A DNA stretch of 64,000 nt from Myxococcota bacterium (GCA_965228475.1 OZ245817.1:1536001-1600000); one strand, 5' to 3'. Shown: positions 13,801 to 24,768, counted from the first letter of the stretch. The notes: generated by a model from the letters alone, not told the origin. Made by a program: numbers and translations.

Positions 13801-13913
13801 AGCCCGCGGCCCAGGCGGGACGGCCGGCCTCCGAGGAGCACCGGCTTGCGCGGCGCCTGAACGCCCGGCGAGGCGATCGGCTTCCGCGGCGCGCTGACGA
13901 GGCTCGAGTCCAT
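10815..13913 (-). CDS. Large bifunctional transglycosylase/transpeptidase (class A PBP-like)
   Basis: N-terminal TM; GT51-like LFIENRQL and GASTLAIQIEK; transpeptidase STAK, SVN, KTGT. Confidence 0.85.
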   Translation of the reverse strand: MDSSLVSAPRKPIASPGVQAPRKPVLLGGRPSRLGRGLVTLLGLLLVMAAVRTEVRTNRVQAFATSDASARADFHVLGGKNPAPLLAADGPYDRRLGYDRLSEHVAALEGAGFEVIAQARPSLQSERFAALGLPAIYPEKARAGLTILGRDGAPLTRTIYPQRHFASFDEVPRLVVETLLFIENRQLLEPGFPYRSPVIEWPRLLHAALLQVLPSGGGRRPGASTLAIQIEKYRHSPGGLTDSVPEKVRQITAATLRAYQGGPDTRDSRRRIVTDYVNTVPLAARAGFGEVNGVPDGLHAWFGADHRETARALEAGTLEERALAYRRVLSLFLAQRRPSHYLRAGQEDLHALTDVYLGLLGEAGVIDEPLREAALAARPGFLAGRYRKPAVDGPRPKAAHAVRAELLGWLDVPGAYDLDRMDLTVEATLDAPAQAEVSRVLRELADPRGLGAQLKAPRLLENGDPSQVVYSFLLYEREGDANVLRVQADTLDQPFDVNEGMMLDLGSTAKLRTLLHHLELVAGVFDAHAGLSRRELGALVIDPRDTLTRFVVDTLRARPGLSLEGMIAAALDRPISARPGRFYTGGGSHHFGNFDSTFDGSHVPLRLALRHSVNLPFIRLMREVADHLTFGPGGPGARALDDPGDPYGQALLERFIERESLGFLTTFVRRYREGTPLEREIQLANRARKGGFRQAVVYRSLHPAGDVAAMHRFLSQANPGTRYTGDDLRRWHAQANPWRLSLADRAFLTGLHPLELWLVHYRAQNPEADAAELRTASAKVRSDIYDWLRNGRRSGKKLRIRAELERDAFEQIHADWSRMGYPFPSLVPSYATAIGSSADRPAALAELMGILQNDGLRRPARRIDGIRLAERTPFETRLRPVDGESERVLRPEVARATREALLDVVANGTARRANGALHTLDGQPVAIGGKTGTGDNRRKRFASDGRLLSAEVASRSATLAFFLGDDHFGVLTAYVEGRQAGQYDFTSSLPSQVLRMLAPALEPLVDGCDPSACRAAEAEEAAPKGLEVASTP

Positions 13914-14041
13914 CCATCTCCCCAGAGAGAAGTCTCCGTGGAGTGGGTCGATTCCAACTCGGTCGAGGTGACGAAAGCGGCAATCCGCCGGCAGGAGGGG
14001 TGCATCGAGGCCGCTGCATGCACGAAAGGTGTGCATTGAAA

Positions 14042-14061
14042 GATATATCGTTCGATATATC
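14042..14061. promoter_or_regulatory. Perfect inverted repeat GATATATCG-TT-CGATATATC, probable PadR operator
   Basis: AT-rich palindrome filling the spacer between TTGAAA (14036-41) and TATCCT (14058-63), just upstream of the padR ATG. Confidence 0.75.
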
Positions 14062-14070
14062 CTCCGATCC

Positions 14071-14595
14071 ATGTACAAACAACGACACCGACGACGACAC
14101 CACCGGCGCAAGCGCTTCGCGCGCGGGCGCTTCTTCGGACGCGGCGAGGTGCGCCTCGCCCTGCTGGGCCTGCTGGCCGAACGGCCGCGGCACGGATACG
14201 AGCTCATGAAGGCGCTCGAGGAGCGTTCCGGCGGGGCCTACCGGGCCAGCGCCGGCACGATCTACCCGACCCTCCAGATGCTCGAGGACGAAGGCCTCGC
14301 GGCCGTCCAGCACGAGAACGGAAAGCGCGTCTACCGCGTCACCGAAGAGGGCCGGGCCCTCCTCGAGGAGGAGCAGGAGACCGTCGAGGAGATCTGGCGC
14401 CGGGCCGAGGACTGGAGCGACTGGGGCCCCTTCGGGCTCGGCGACCCCGACGCCGCCGAGGTGCTGAAGCCGGCGCTCCGCCTGGCCAAGACCGCGGTGC
14501 GCGCGGTCTCCCGCGAGCCGGACCTGGCCGACGAGGTCCGCGCCATCCTGCGCCGCGCGCGCCGCGACGTGCAGAGCCTGACGAAGATCGGATAG
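14071..14595 (+). CDS. PadR-family transcriptional regulator (YqjI-like, basic/His-rich N-terminus)
   Basis: RFFGRGEVRLALLGLLAERPRHGYELMK...GTIYPTLQMLEDEGL...KRVYRVTEEGR. Confidence 0.92.
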   Translation: MYKQRHRRRHHRRKRFARGRFFGRGEVRLALLGLLAERPRHGYELMKALEERSGGAYRASAGTIYPTLQMLEDEGLAAVQHENGKRVYRVTEEGRALLEEEQETVEEIWRRAEDWSDWGPFGLGDPDAAEVLKPALRLAKTAVRAVSREPDLADEVRAILRRARRDVQSLTKIG

Positions 14596-14667
14596 GGCAC
14601 CGCCCCGCTCTGGTACGCTGCGCAGCGCTCGGAGGCACCGCCGCCTCCCGGTCGGACGGAGGATCGC

Positions 14668-15426
14668 ATGTCGCTAGCGGGACGCGTGGCACTGGTGACG
14701 GGAGGCGGGCGCGGCATCGGCCGGGCCATCGCGCTCGCCCTGGCCGAGGACGGCGCCGACGTCGCCATCAACTACCGGAGCGACGCGGACGCGGCGGCCG
14801 AGACCGTCGCCGCCATCGAGAAGCTCGGCCGCAAGGCCGCGGCCTACGCCGCCTCCGTCGACGACCTCGACGCCTGCCAGGCCATGGTCGATGCGGCGGC
14901 GAAGGATCTCGGGACCGTCGGCATCCTCGTCAACAACGCTGGCATCGCGAGCCGCGGCCAGAGCATCAAGAACACGGACCCGGCGGAGCTCGAACGCGTG
15001 ATGCGCATTCACGCCCTCGGCCCTCATGCCCTGTGCGGCATGGTGATCCCGGGCATGCGCACGCTCGAGCGCGGCGACGTGATCATGATCTCGAGCGCGG
15101 CGACCCGGTACAACAACGAGGGCGGCGCGCCCTACAACATGGCCAAGGCAGCCGGGGAAGCCCTCGCTTTCACGCTCGCGCGCGAAGAGCGCAAGCACGG
15201 CATCCGCGCCAACATCGTGGCGCCCGGCCTCGTCGAAACGGAGATGGGTCGTCGTCTGATGAAGGCCGTCGCGGGAGTCGACGATCTGCGGAAGCTCGAC
15301 GCGACCATGCCCTTCGGGCGTGTCTGTCAACCTGAAGACGTGGCGGCCGTCGTGCGCTTCCTGGTCTCTCCCGGTTCGGGATATGTGAACGGCCAGCGCG
15401 TCTACGTCGACGGCGGCGGCGCCTAG
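14668..15426 (+). CDS. Short-chain dehydrogenase/reductase
   Basis: TGGGRGIG, VNNAG, YNMAK. Confidence 0.93.
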   Translation: MSLAGRVALVTGGGRGIGRAIALALAEDGADVAINYRSDADAAAETVAAIEKLGRKAAAYAASVDDLDACQAMVDAAAKDLGTVGILVNNAGIASRGQSIKNTDPAELERVMRIHALGPHALCGMVIPGMRTLERGDVIMISSAATRYNNEGGAPYNMAKAAGEALAFTLAREERKHGIRANIVAPGLVETEMGRRLMKAVAGVDDLRKLDATMPFGRVCQPEDVAAVVRFLVSPGSGYVNGQRVYVDGGGA

Positions 15427-15454
15427 CCGCCGGGTTCAGTCTGGCGGCGAGGCG

Positions 15455-17167
<1,713 letters not shown>

Positions 17168-17290
17168 CGCGAGATCTCCATCCAGGGAAGGAAGGCAGAC
17201 TACCATACGGTCTTCCGGTATCGTCGCCCGGCCCGCCCCCGGTCCCCGCCTCGCCCCGGTCCCCACCTCGGGTACCCAGGAGTCTCCCCC

Positions 17291-18652
17291 GTGTCCGGCC
17301 CGTCCCTTCGCGAAGAGGGCAGAACCCTCGTCCGCCTGTCGCTGCCCGTGGTGGCCGCGCAGGTCGGCACGATGTCGATGGGCATCGTGGACACCGCGAT
17401 GCTCGGGCGCGTGAGCGTCGAAGCCCTCGCTGCCTCCTCGATCGGGAACGCCTGGGTCTACTTCACGCTGCTCTCCTGCAACGGCCTCCTGATGGGCATG
17501 GACCCGGTGGTGAGCCACGCCCACGGCCGGCGCGACGGCCACACCGCGGCCATCGCGCTGCAGCGCGGCCTCGTGCTGGCGGTGTTGCTGAGCGTCGTCG
17601 TCGGCTTCCTGTGGACGGGCACCGAGGCGCTGATGCGGCTCATGCGTCAGGAGGAAGCGCTCGTTCTGGCGAGCGCGCGCTACGTCGAGGTCCAGATCCC
17701 GAGCATCGCGCTCTTCCTGGGCTTCACCGCCCTGCGCCAGCAGCTCCAGGCCCGGGAGCTCATGCGGCCCGCCATGTACGCGACGCTCGTGGCGAACGTT
17801 TCGAACGCGGCGCTCAACTGGGTGCTGATCTTCGGGAACCTCGGCTTCCCGGCGCTCGGCCTCGAGGGCGCCGGCATCGCGACGGCCGTGAACCGCGGCG
17901 TGATGTTCGCCCTGCTCGTGTTCTTCGTGTGGAAGGCGGACCTGCTCGAGGGCGCCTGGGTGCCGTGGTCGCGCGCGGCGGTCTCGCCGGCCGGGCTGAT
18001 GAACATCCTTCGGCTCGGCATCCCGGTCTCGATCCAGGTGGGGCTCGAGGTGCTCGCCTTCACCGGGTCGACCTTCCTGGCCGGTTGGATCGGCGCGTCG
18101 TCGATCGCGGCGCACCAGGTCACGCTGAACTTCGCGGCGCTCTCGTTCATGATGCCGCTCGGGGTTTCCCAGGCGGCCGCCACGCGGGTCGGGAACCTGC
18201 TCGGGGCGGAGCACCATGATCAGGCGCAGCGGGCGGCCTGGCTCGCGCTCGCGCTCGGCGCGGGCATCATGGTCTTCTGGGCCGTCGTCTTCATCCTCGG
18301 CCGCGCGCACCTGCCCAAGCTGATGACGGTGGACCCGGAGGTCGTCGCGCTCTCCGCCTCGATCTTCCCGATCGCCGCGGCCTTCCAGATCTTCGACGGC
18401 ACCCAGGTCGTCGGCTGCGGGATCCTGCGCGGCATGGGGCGCACGCGGCCGGTGGCCTGGTTCAACCTCGTCGCGTACTGGGTGATCGGCCTGCCGATCG
18501 GCGCCTGGTTCGCCCTCCGCGCCGGGTGGGGGCTTCCGGGCATCTGGTGGGGGCTCTGCCTCGGGCTGGCCGTGGTGGCCGGGGCCCTCGTCGCCTGGAT
18601 CCGGGTGCGCGGGCCGGCCAGCCTCGTCGGCGCCGATCCGATCCGGGCCTGA
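17291..18652 (+). CDS. MATE efflux transporter (NorM-like)
   Basis: VDTAMLGR, GFPALGLEGAGIAT, AAHQVTLN, FQIFDGTQ; ~12 TM. Confidence 0.92.
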   Translation: MSGPSLREEGRTLVRLSLPVVAAQVGTMSMGIVDTAMLGRVSVEALAASSIGNAWVYFTLLSCNGLLMGMDPVVSHAHGRRDGHTAAIALQRGLVLAVLLSVVVGFLWTGTEALMRLMRQEEALVLASARYVEVQIPSIALFLGFTALRQQLQARELMRPAMYATLVANVSNAALNWVLIFGNLGFPALGLEGAGIATAVNRGVMFALLVFFVWKADLLEGAWVPWSRAAVSPAGLMNILRLGIPVSIQVGLEVLAFTGSTFLAGWIGASSIAAHQVTLNFAALSFMMPLGVSQAAATRVGNLLGAEHHDQAQRAAWLALALGAGIMVFWAVVFILGRAHLPKLMTVDPEVVALSASIFPIAAAFQIFDGTQVVGCGILRGMGRTRPVAWFNLVAYWVIGLPIGAWFALRAGWGLPGIWWGLCLGLAVVAGALVAWIRVRGPASLVGADPIRA

Positions 18653-18672
18653 GTCGAGCGCATTCGCGGCGG

Positions 18673-20094
18673 CTACTCCCCCGCTTCGGCCGGCTCGTTT
18701 CCGCGCAGCAGTCCCCGGATCTTGCGGCCGGTGTTCCGGAACGCATCCGCGACCGCACCGAGGCTCCGCCCGGGGATCCGGCTGGGGTGGGTCTCGAGTT
18801 CGGGGTGGGGCAGGGCGCCGCCGATCGTGACGGGCACGGCCGGCCAGCCGGCCAGGTGGAGCTCGCCTTCGAGTTCGAGGGAGCGGTCGAGGCCGACGCT
18901 CCCCGCCGCCCGGAGCTCGTAGTCGCCCGTGACGAGGGTCGCCGCCTCGCTGCGGACGCGGCCGTCCCGCAGCGTCACCGGGGCTTCGAGGGATTCGACG
19001 GGAGTCGTGCGCGGTTGCTCGAGCCCCATGCCGAAGGCGTCGGAGAGCTTCGCGCTGAGCGACGTCGTCGGGAGCGTTCCCCCGGTGATCGTGAGGTGCC
19101 CGTCGCCGTGGCCGCGTTCGAAGCGCGGCCCGCCGTCCCAGGGGATGCGGAGCTGCCAGGCCGTCCGGAGGCGGCCGAGGTCGGCCAGCGCGTCGTCGGG
19201 GCGCGACGTGCCGAACAGCCGCGCGACGCTCACGTCCGTGATCCGGGTCTCGAAGTCGAGCCGCGTGCCGCCGCGCAGGTGGACCACGCCGTCGGCCTGC
19301 CAGCGGCCGTCGAAGCTCACGACGTCGAGCGGATCGACCTCGACGCGACCGTGGTCGTAGCGGAAGCGGGCGCGCACGTCGCGGCCGCTCCACCAGCCGA
19401 CGTAGGCCTCCTCGGCGCGGACCCGCCCGTCCTCGAAGGAGAAGCGATCCGCGTGCCGGACCAGCCGACCGCGCAGCTGGAGCGGGCGGACGGACCAGCC
19501 GTGATCCGCGCCGCCGACCCGGCCGGCGAGCACGAGCGGGGCGCCGAGGGTTTCGTCGTCGCCCTCGTGGAAGCGGGCCAGCGAGAGCGACTGGAGCCCG
19601 ATCACCGCCGAGACGTTCTCGCCCTGGACGATGCGCAGCTCGCCGCGCTGGGCTTCGACGCGAGGAAAGGCCCGCCAGTCGAAGGGTGCGCCCGATTCAC
19701 GCGGCGCCACGATCGGCTCGAAGCCGCCGTCCTCCCGGCGGTACAGCGTGACCGCGAGGTCTTCGAACCGGACGGAGCGCGCGACGACCTTTCCGCGCAG
19801 GAGCGGCCGCGTGCGGACGTCGACCTCCGCGGCGCCCGCCGTTCCGAGCCCGGCGAGTACGACCCCTTCCATGCGCACGCGGGGAAGGGGCGTGAGGGAG
19901 AGCGCGACCGAGTCGATCGAGATGTCGCGGCCGAGCCCGCGGGAGAGGTGCGCCGCGAAGGGCTCAGGGGCAAGGGAGTGCTGCAGCACCAGGGCCGCCG
20001 TCCCCGCCGCCGCGACGAAGATCATCGCCGCGCCCGAGAGGATCAGGGCGACGGGTCGAGCCCAGCGGCTGCGTTGGGGTGCGGGGGGGCGCAT
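18673..20094 (-). CDS. AsmA-family protein
   Basis: Single N-terminal TM, LGRDISIDSVALSLTPLP, beta-rich body, C-terminal VPVTIGGALPHP. Confidence 0.75.
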   Translation of the reverse strand: MRPPAPQRSRWARPVALILSGAAMIFVAAAGTAALVLQHSLAPEPFAAHLSRGLGRDISIDSVALSLTPLPRVRMEGVVLAGLGTAGAAEVDVRTRPLLRGKVVARSVRFEDLAVTLYRREDGGFEPIVAPRESGAPFDWRAFPRVEAQRGELRIVQGENVSAVIGLQSLSLARFHEGDDETLGAPLVLAGRVGGADHGWSVRPLQLRGRLVRHADRFSFEDGRVRAEEAYVGWWSGRDVRARFRYDHGRVEVDPLDVVSFDGRWQADGVVHLRGGTRLDFETRITDVSVARLFGTSRPDDALADLGRLRTAWQLRIPWDGGPRFERGHGDGHLTITGGTLPTTSLSAKLSDAFGMGLEQPRTTPVESLEAPVTLRDGRVRSEAATLVTGDYELRAAGSVGLDRSLELEGELHLAGWPAVPVTIGGALPHPELETHPSRIPGRSLGAVADAFRNTGRKIRGLLRGNEPAEAGE

Positions 20095-20103
20095 CCAAGC
20101 AGC

Positions 20104-20129
20104 ATCGGCGGGCGCAGGCCTGCGCTGGA
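20104..20129 (-). promoter_or_regulatory. sigma28-like promoter TCCAG-N15-GCCGAT
   Basis: 9 nt upstream of ATG 20094. Confidence 0.55.
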
Positions 20130-20255
20130 GGGGCGAGAGCTCTGGCCCGGCGGCGAGCCCGCCGGCGAAGCAGGGGACGGGCAAGACGCGCGCAGGCGCG
20201 CGGCAACGCCCTGTGCGGGAGTCCGCGCCGAACCCGGCCGCCGAGCCGCGGGCGG

Positions 20256-21401
20256 CTACTTGATGGCCTGGGCCTCGCGGAGCTTGCCGAGGTCTTCGCT
20301 CGAGAAGCCCCAGTCGGCGAGTGCCTCGTCCGTGTGGGCGCCCGTGTGGGGCGCGCCGCGTTCGATGGCGCCGTCGGTTCGGCTGAAGCGCGGTGCGGGC
20401 GCGGGTTGGGCGATGCCGTCGACCTCGACGAAGACGTCCCGGGCCCGGTTGGCCGGGTGGGCGACGGCCTCCTCGGGCGAGAGGACGGGCGCGAAGCATA
20501 CGTCGCTGCCCTCCATGAGCTCGCACCACTCGGCGCGCGTCTTCGTCTTGAAGATCTCGCCCAGGCGGACCTTGAGGGCCTCCCACTGGGAGCGATCCAT
20601 CTGGTGCGGGAGCTCTTCGCCGGCGAGGCCGGTCTTCTCGAGCAGCTCGGCGTAGAACTGGGGCTCGATCGAGCCGATCGAGACGTACTCACCGTCGCTC
20701 GTTTCGTAGACCTCGTAGAAGTGCGCGCCGGTGTCGAGCATGTTGGTGCCGCGCTCGGGATTCCACACGCCCATGTTCTTGAACATGTAGAACATGGTCG
20801 TCAGCGAGGCGGCGCCGTCGACCATCGCGGCATCGACGACCTGGCCCTTGCCCGAGGTCTGGCGCTCGAGCAGCGCACACACGACGCCGAAGGCCAGGTA
20901 CATGCCGCCGCCGCCGAAGTCGCCGACCAGGTTCAGCGGCGGCAGGGGCGGCTCGCCCTTGCGGCCGATCATACCGAGGGCGCCCGACTGGGCGATGTAG
21001 TTGATGTCGTGGCCGGCGGCGTGGGCGAGGGGGCCGTCCTGGCCCCAGCCGGTCATGCGCCCGTAGACGAGCCGCGGGTTGCGGGCGAGGCACTCTTCCG
21101 GGCCGAGGCCGAGGCGCTCCATCACGCCCGGCCGGAAGCCCTCGGTCAGCACGTCGGCCTTCTCGACGAGCTTCAGCACCGCCTCGACGCCGTCCGGATG
21201 CTTCAGGTTGATGCCCACGCTGCGGCGCCCGCGCGCGAGCAGGTCCGAGTTGGCACCGGTCGGGATCTCGTCCTTGACGCGGTCCGCGCGGTCGATGCGC
21301 AGCACCTCGGCGCCCATGTCGGCGAGCATCATGCAGCCGAACGGGCCGGGCCCGATGCCTGCGATTTCGAGTACGCGGATGCCGGTGAGCGGTCCTGCCA
21401 A
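20256..21401 (-). CDS. CaiB/BaiF family III CoA-transferase, alpha-methylacyl-CoA racemase-like
   Basis: GIRVLEIAGIGPGPF, EGFRPGVMERLG, AGHDINY, NLVGDFGGGG; TTG after CAGGAG. Confidence 0.9.
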   Translation of the reverse strand: MAGPLTGIRVLEIAGIGPGPFGCMMLADMGAEVLRIDRADRVKDEIPTGANSDLLARGRRSVGINLKHPDGVEAVLKLVEKADVLTEGFRPGVMERLGLGPEECLARNPRLVYGRMTGWGQDGPLAHAAGHDINYIAQSGALGMIGRKGEPPLPPLNLVGDFGGGGMYLAFGVVCALLERQTSGKGQVVDAAMVDGAASLTTMFYMFKNMGVWNPERGTNMLDTGAHFYEVYETSDGEYVSIGSIEPQFYAELLEKTGLAGEELPHQMDRSQWEALKVRLGEIFKTKTRAEWCELMEGSDVCFAPVLSPEEAVAHPANRARDVFVEVDGIAQPAPAPRFSRTDGAIERGAPHTGAHTDEALADWGFSSEDLGKLREAQAIK

Positions 21402-21487
21402 CGAAAGCTCCTGGTCTTGGATGGTCAGGCCACCCTGACACGATTCTGGGTAGGCGGGGCCAACCTTGTCTGACTTCTGACCTTCGG

Positions 21488-22633
21488 TCAGACCTTTTCG
21501 AGGATGTGGATCGCGCACGCCGAGCCCAGACCGATCACGTGGGTCATGCCGAGCCGTGCGCCTTCGACCTGGCGCTTGCCGGCTTCGCCACGCAGATGGG
21601 TCGAGACCTCGAAGATGTTCGCGATGCCCGTGGCGCCGAGCGGGTGCCCCTTCGAGAGCAGGCCGCCCGAGACGTTCACCGGCACCTTGCCGCCGAGGGC
21701 CGTCGCGCCCTCGTCGATCATCTTGCCCGCCTCGCCGTCCGCGCACAGGCCGAGGTTCTCGTAGTGGAGGATCTCGGCGGTCGCGAAGCAGTCGTGCAGC
21801 TCGACGAGGTCGATGTCGTCGGGGCCGCAGCCCGCCATCTCGTAGGCCGTCCTCGCCGCCATGCGCGTGCAGGTGTTGACGTCGGGCATGACGAGGTCGC
21901 GCTCCTGCCACGGGTCGCTCGCGAGGGCGCTCGCCTTCACGCGCACGGCGCGCTCCATCAGGCCGAGCTCCTTCGCCTTCTTCTCCGAGCAGAGCACCGC
22001 GGCGGCCGAGCCGTCGACGTTCACCGAGCACATGAGCTTCGTGTTCGGGTAGGCGATCATCTCGGCGCCCATCACCATCTCGAGGGGCGTCTCCTTCTGG
22101 TACATGGCCTTCGGGTTCAGCGTCGAGTGGTGGTGGTTCTTCACCGAGACCTTGGCGAACTGCTCGAAGGAGGTGCCGTACTTGCGCGCGTGCTCCTGGC
22201 CCGCCTCGGCGAACACCGCCGGCATCAGGCCCGAGCCGAGCAGCCCTTCCTTCGGGATGCCCTTGCCGCCGCCGCCTCCGCCGAGGAGGCCCTTGCCCAT
22301 CTGCTCGACACCGACCGCCATCACGACGTCGTAGACGCCGGCCTTCACCGACATCCAGGCGTCGCGGAAGGCCGTCGCACCCGTGGCGCAGGCGTTGGCG
22401 ACGTTCACCACCGGGATGCCCGTCTGGCCGATCTCCTGGAGGATGCGCTGCCCCACCATGGCGCCGGCCTGGTAGAGGTTCCCGCACCAGAGCGCCTGCA
22501 TGTCCTGGATCTTCAGGCCCGCGTCGTCGAGGGCGCCGAGGGCCGCCTCCGCCGCGATGTCCGGAACGGTGCGCTCGGGGAAGCGCCCGAACTTGATCAT
22601 GTCGATGCCGACCACGTAGACGTCTTCAGACAC
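21488..22633 (-). CDS. SCP2/SCP-x type thiolase
   Basis: NACATG, ELHDCFA, NVSGGLLSKGHPLGATG. Confidence 0.92.
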   Translation of the reverse strand: MSEDVYVVGIDMIKFGRFPERTVPDIAAEAALGALDDAGLKIQDMQALWCGNLYQAGAMVGQRILQEIGQTGIPVVNVANACATGATAFRDAWMSVKAGVYDVVMAVGVEQMGKGLLGGGGGGKGIPKEGLLGSGLMPAVFAEAGQEHARKYGTSFEQFAKVSVKNHHHSTLNPKAMYQKETPLEMVMGAEMIAYPNTKLMCSVNVDGSAAAVLCSEKKAKELGLMERAVRVKASALASDPWQERDLVMPDVNTCTRMAARTAYEMAGCGPDDIDLVELHDCFATAEILHYENLGLCADGEAGKMIDEGATALGGKVPVNVSGGLLSKGHPLGATGIANIFEVSTHLRGEAGKRQVEGARLGMTHVIGLGSACAIHILEKV

Positions 22634-22647
22634 GGTGCGATCCTCCG

Positions 22648-23070
22648 CTAGCCCTGCGCGGGCTCGAAGAAGTAGGAAACGTAGGCGTTGCCCTCTTTGT
22701 CCTTGCGGCCGAGGGCGTCCTTGTAGACCACCTTCACGGGCATGCCGAACTGGATCTTCTCCGGGTCCGGGTCGATGCCGATCAGGTTCCCCTTCACGGT
22801 GCCGCCGCCGTCGAGGTCGACGATCGCCGAGACGTAGGGCACCTCGATGCCGGGAAAGGAGCGGTGCACGATCGAGAAGACGTGCAGCGTGCCCGTGTCG
22901 GAGAGCTTCGTCGCCGTGAACTTCCCGCGGGCGCCGCACTTGCTGCAGACCTTGCGCTCGCCGAGGAAGATCGACCCGCACTCGCCGCACTTCTGCCCTT
23001 CCAGGAAGGGGGCGCCGTCGTCCGGGAGTTTCAGGTAGGAGACCGCGGGGAGCGGCTTCGCTTCGGCCAT
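22648..23070 (-). CDS. DUF35 Zn-ribbon/OB-fold acyl-CoA-binding protein
   Basis: CGECG...CSKCG, PYVSAIVDL, GMPVKVVY; adjacent to thiolase. Confidence 0.9.
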   Translation of the reverse strand: MAEAKPLPAVSYLKLPDDGAPFLEGQKCGECGSIFLGERKVCSKCGARGKFTATKLSDTGTLHVFSIVHRSFPGIEVPYVSAIVDLDGGGTVKGNLIGIDPDPEKIQFGMPVKVVYKDALGRKDKEGNAYVSYFFEPAQG

Positions 23071-23111
23071 GGGGGTCCTCGCTTAGATCGCTCGACCGAG
23101 GTCGAGGCCCG

Positions 23112-23127
23112 TTGATTCTGGAATCAA
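23112..23127. promoter_or_regulatory. Palindrome TTGATTC-TG-GAATCAA, probable repressor operator of the DUF35-thiolase operon
   Basis: Perfect 7-2-7 inverted repeat immediately downstream of minus-strand TTGACC(23165-60)-N17-CACCAT(23142-37). Confidence 0.65.
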
Positions 23128-23170
23128 TCTGCGGCCATGGTGCGCGGAACGGGCGAGGAGGTCAAGCCAT

Positions 23171-24016
23171 TTAGGGCCGTGGGCCGAGTGCGGTGTCGTT
23201 CAGGCGCCAGTCGTAGGGGATGCGCTCGATCCGGAAGCCTGCCGCCTCGGCGCGCCGCAGGGCGGCGGCGCGTTCGGCGTCGCCGAGGTGGTCGGCGACG
23301 AAGGCGAGGAGCGTCGGGTCGGCGCCCCGATGGCGTTGCCAGCGTTCGTAGTCGCCGCGGTACCAGAGCAGGATCTCCGAGATCTCGACGACCCGGCGCT
23401 CCGCATCGATCCGCAGATTCCGCGTCCCGGCGAAGAACCGCGCCGTCTCCCGGGCGAGCTGCTCTTCGAGCCGGCCCGGCACGAAGGCTTCGGCGGGCAG
23501 GACCGGGCAGCCGAGGGACGCACAGTTCAGCGCGAAGTGGAGGCGCGCGTCGGGGAAGCGCGCGCGCACGATGCGGTTCTCGAGGGCGTAGAGGCTCGTC
23601 GGGTCGCCGCCGATCGGGTAGCGAAGGGCGAAGAAGAAGCCGGCGCCGTCCGGCAGCGGCCGGGTCCAGAGGGGCGCCACGTCCTGCACCGAGCCGAGCG
23701 GATGGTGCGCCAGGACGAAGTGGATCGTGATCGCGTTGTAGGCGTTGATCCAGTAGGCGAAGCGGTCGGCTTCGCTCGGGAACGCCCGGGGGTGGGAGTT
23801 GGGGCTGCGCTCGCGGATCGCGCGCAGGTAGGTATCGAACTCGGCGCGATCCTCGGCGAGGGCGGCGTAGTCGACGAGCCCCTCGGCGTCGACGAAGGCG
23901 CTCAGGACGCGGTCGAAGGCGTCGTGACGGAAGGGGGCGGCGGACTCCGGCGGCGGGATCGTCGCGCAGCCGCCGAGTGCGAGCGTGAGCGCCGCGAGGG
24001 CGGTGAGACGCCTCAT
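23171..24016 (-). CDS. DUF547 lipoprotein
   Basis: LGGC lipobox; GLVDYAAL, FAYWINAYNA, DARLHFALNCASLGCP. Confidence 0.88.
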   Translation of the reverse strand: MRRLTALAALTLALGGCATIPPPESAAPFRHDAFDRVLSAFVDAEGLVDYAALAEDRAEFDTYLRAIRERSPNSHPRAFPSEADRFAYWINAYNAITIHFVLAHHPLGSVQDVAPLWTRPLPDGAGFFFALRYPIGGDPTSLYALENRIVRARFPDARLHFALNCASLGCPVLPAEAFVPGRLEEQLARETARFFAGTRNLRIDAERRVVEISEILLWYRGDYERWQRHRGADPTLLAFVADHLGDAERAAALRRAEAAGFRIERIPYDWRLNDTALGPRP

Positions 24017-24768
24017 CGCTTGCGCAGGGCGTTCAGGGTCCAGTCGTAGTCGAGATAGACGAGGTCCATCTCGTCGGCGTACTCGCGCAGCCAGGGTCGG
24101 TCGGCCTCCGGCGCGTACTTCGTGATGAACGCGACGATCCCCTCAGCCTTGCCGAAGTCCTCGGAGAACCAGTTGAAGATCGAGGAGACGTACACGTCCT
24201 CGGAGTCCCGATCGATGCGAAGGCCCTTCTCCGGGCTCGCGAGGAACTCCCGGGACTGCTCGTCGAGCTGGCGATCGAGGGCGTCCGCGCGGAACGGTTC
24301 CCGGCGCAGCGAAGGGCAGGAGGTCGAGGCGCACACGATCGCCGCGTGGATGCGCGGCTCGTCCATCTTGCGCAGGATGGCGTGCTCGACCTCGTCGAGG
24401 CTGACGTCGCGCCCGGCCACGCGGCCGGCCTTCTTCTTCCAGACCGGGCGAAGCAGGTTCCCGAGGTCCCGGATGCTCTTCTTCGGGTTGCCCTGCACGA
24501 CGACGTCGATGGCGAGCGCGTTGTAGACGTTGATCCAGAAGGCGAGCCGCTCGTTGCGGGCTTCGGGCACCTCGGCGCGCGCGAGGCCTTCGATGAAGCT
24601 TCGCCACTCGGCCGAGCGGCGCAGGCCTTCGTAGTCGACGCGCGTGCCGGCCGGGTCGTCGACGGCCCGGGTGTGCTGCTCGAGGAGCCTGGCGTAGCGG
24701 TCGAGATCCAAGGAGGCCTCCGCGGGCGCGGCCGCGAGCAAGGCGAGGACGAGGAACAGGGTTTTCAT
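24013..24768 (-). CDS. DUF547 secreted protein
   Basis: RVDYEGL, LAFWINVYNA, EPRIHAAIVCASTSCP, SSIFNWFSEDF, YDWTLN. Confidence 0.88.
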   Translation of the reverse strand: MKTLFLVLALLAAAPAEASLDLDRYARLLEQHTRAVDDPAGTRVDYEGLRRSAEWRSFIEGLARAEVPEARNERLAFWINVYNALAIDVVVQGNPKKSIRDLGNLLRPVWKKKAGRVAGRDVSLDEVEHAILRKMDEPRIHAAIVCASTSCPSLRREPFRADALDRQLDEQSREFLASPEKGLRIDRDSEDVYVSSIFNWFSEDFGKAEGIVAFITKYAPEADRPWLREYADEMDLVYLDYDWTLNALRKR

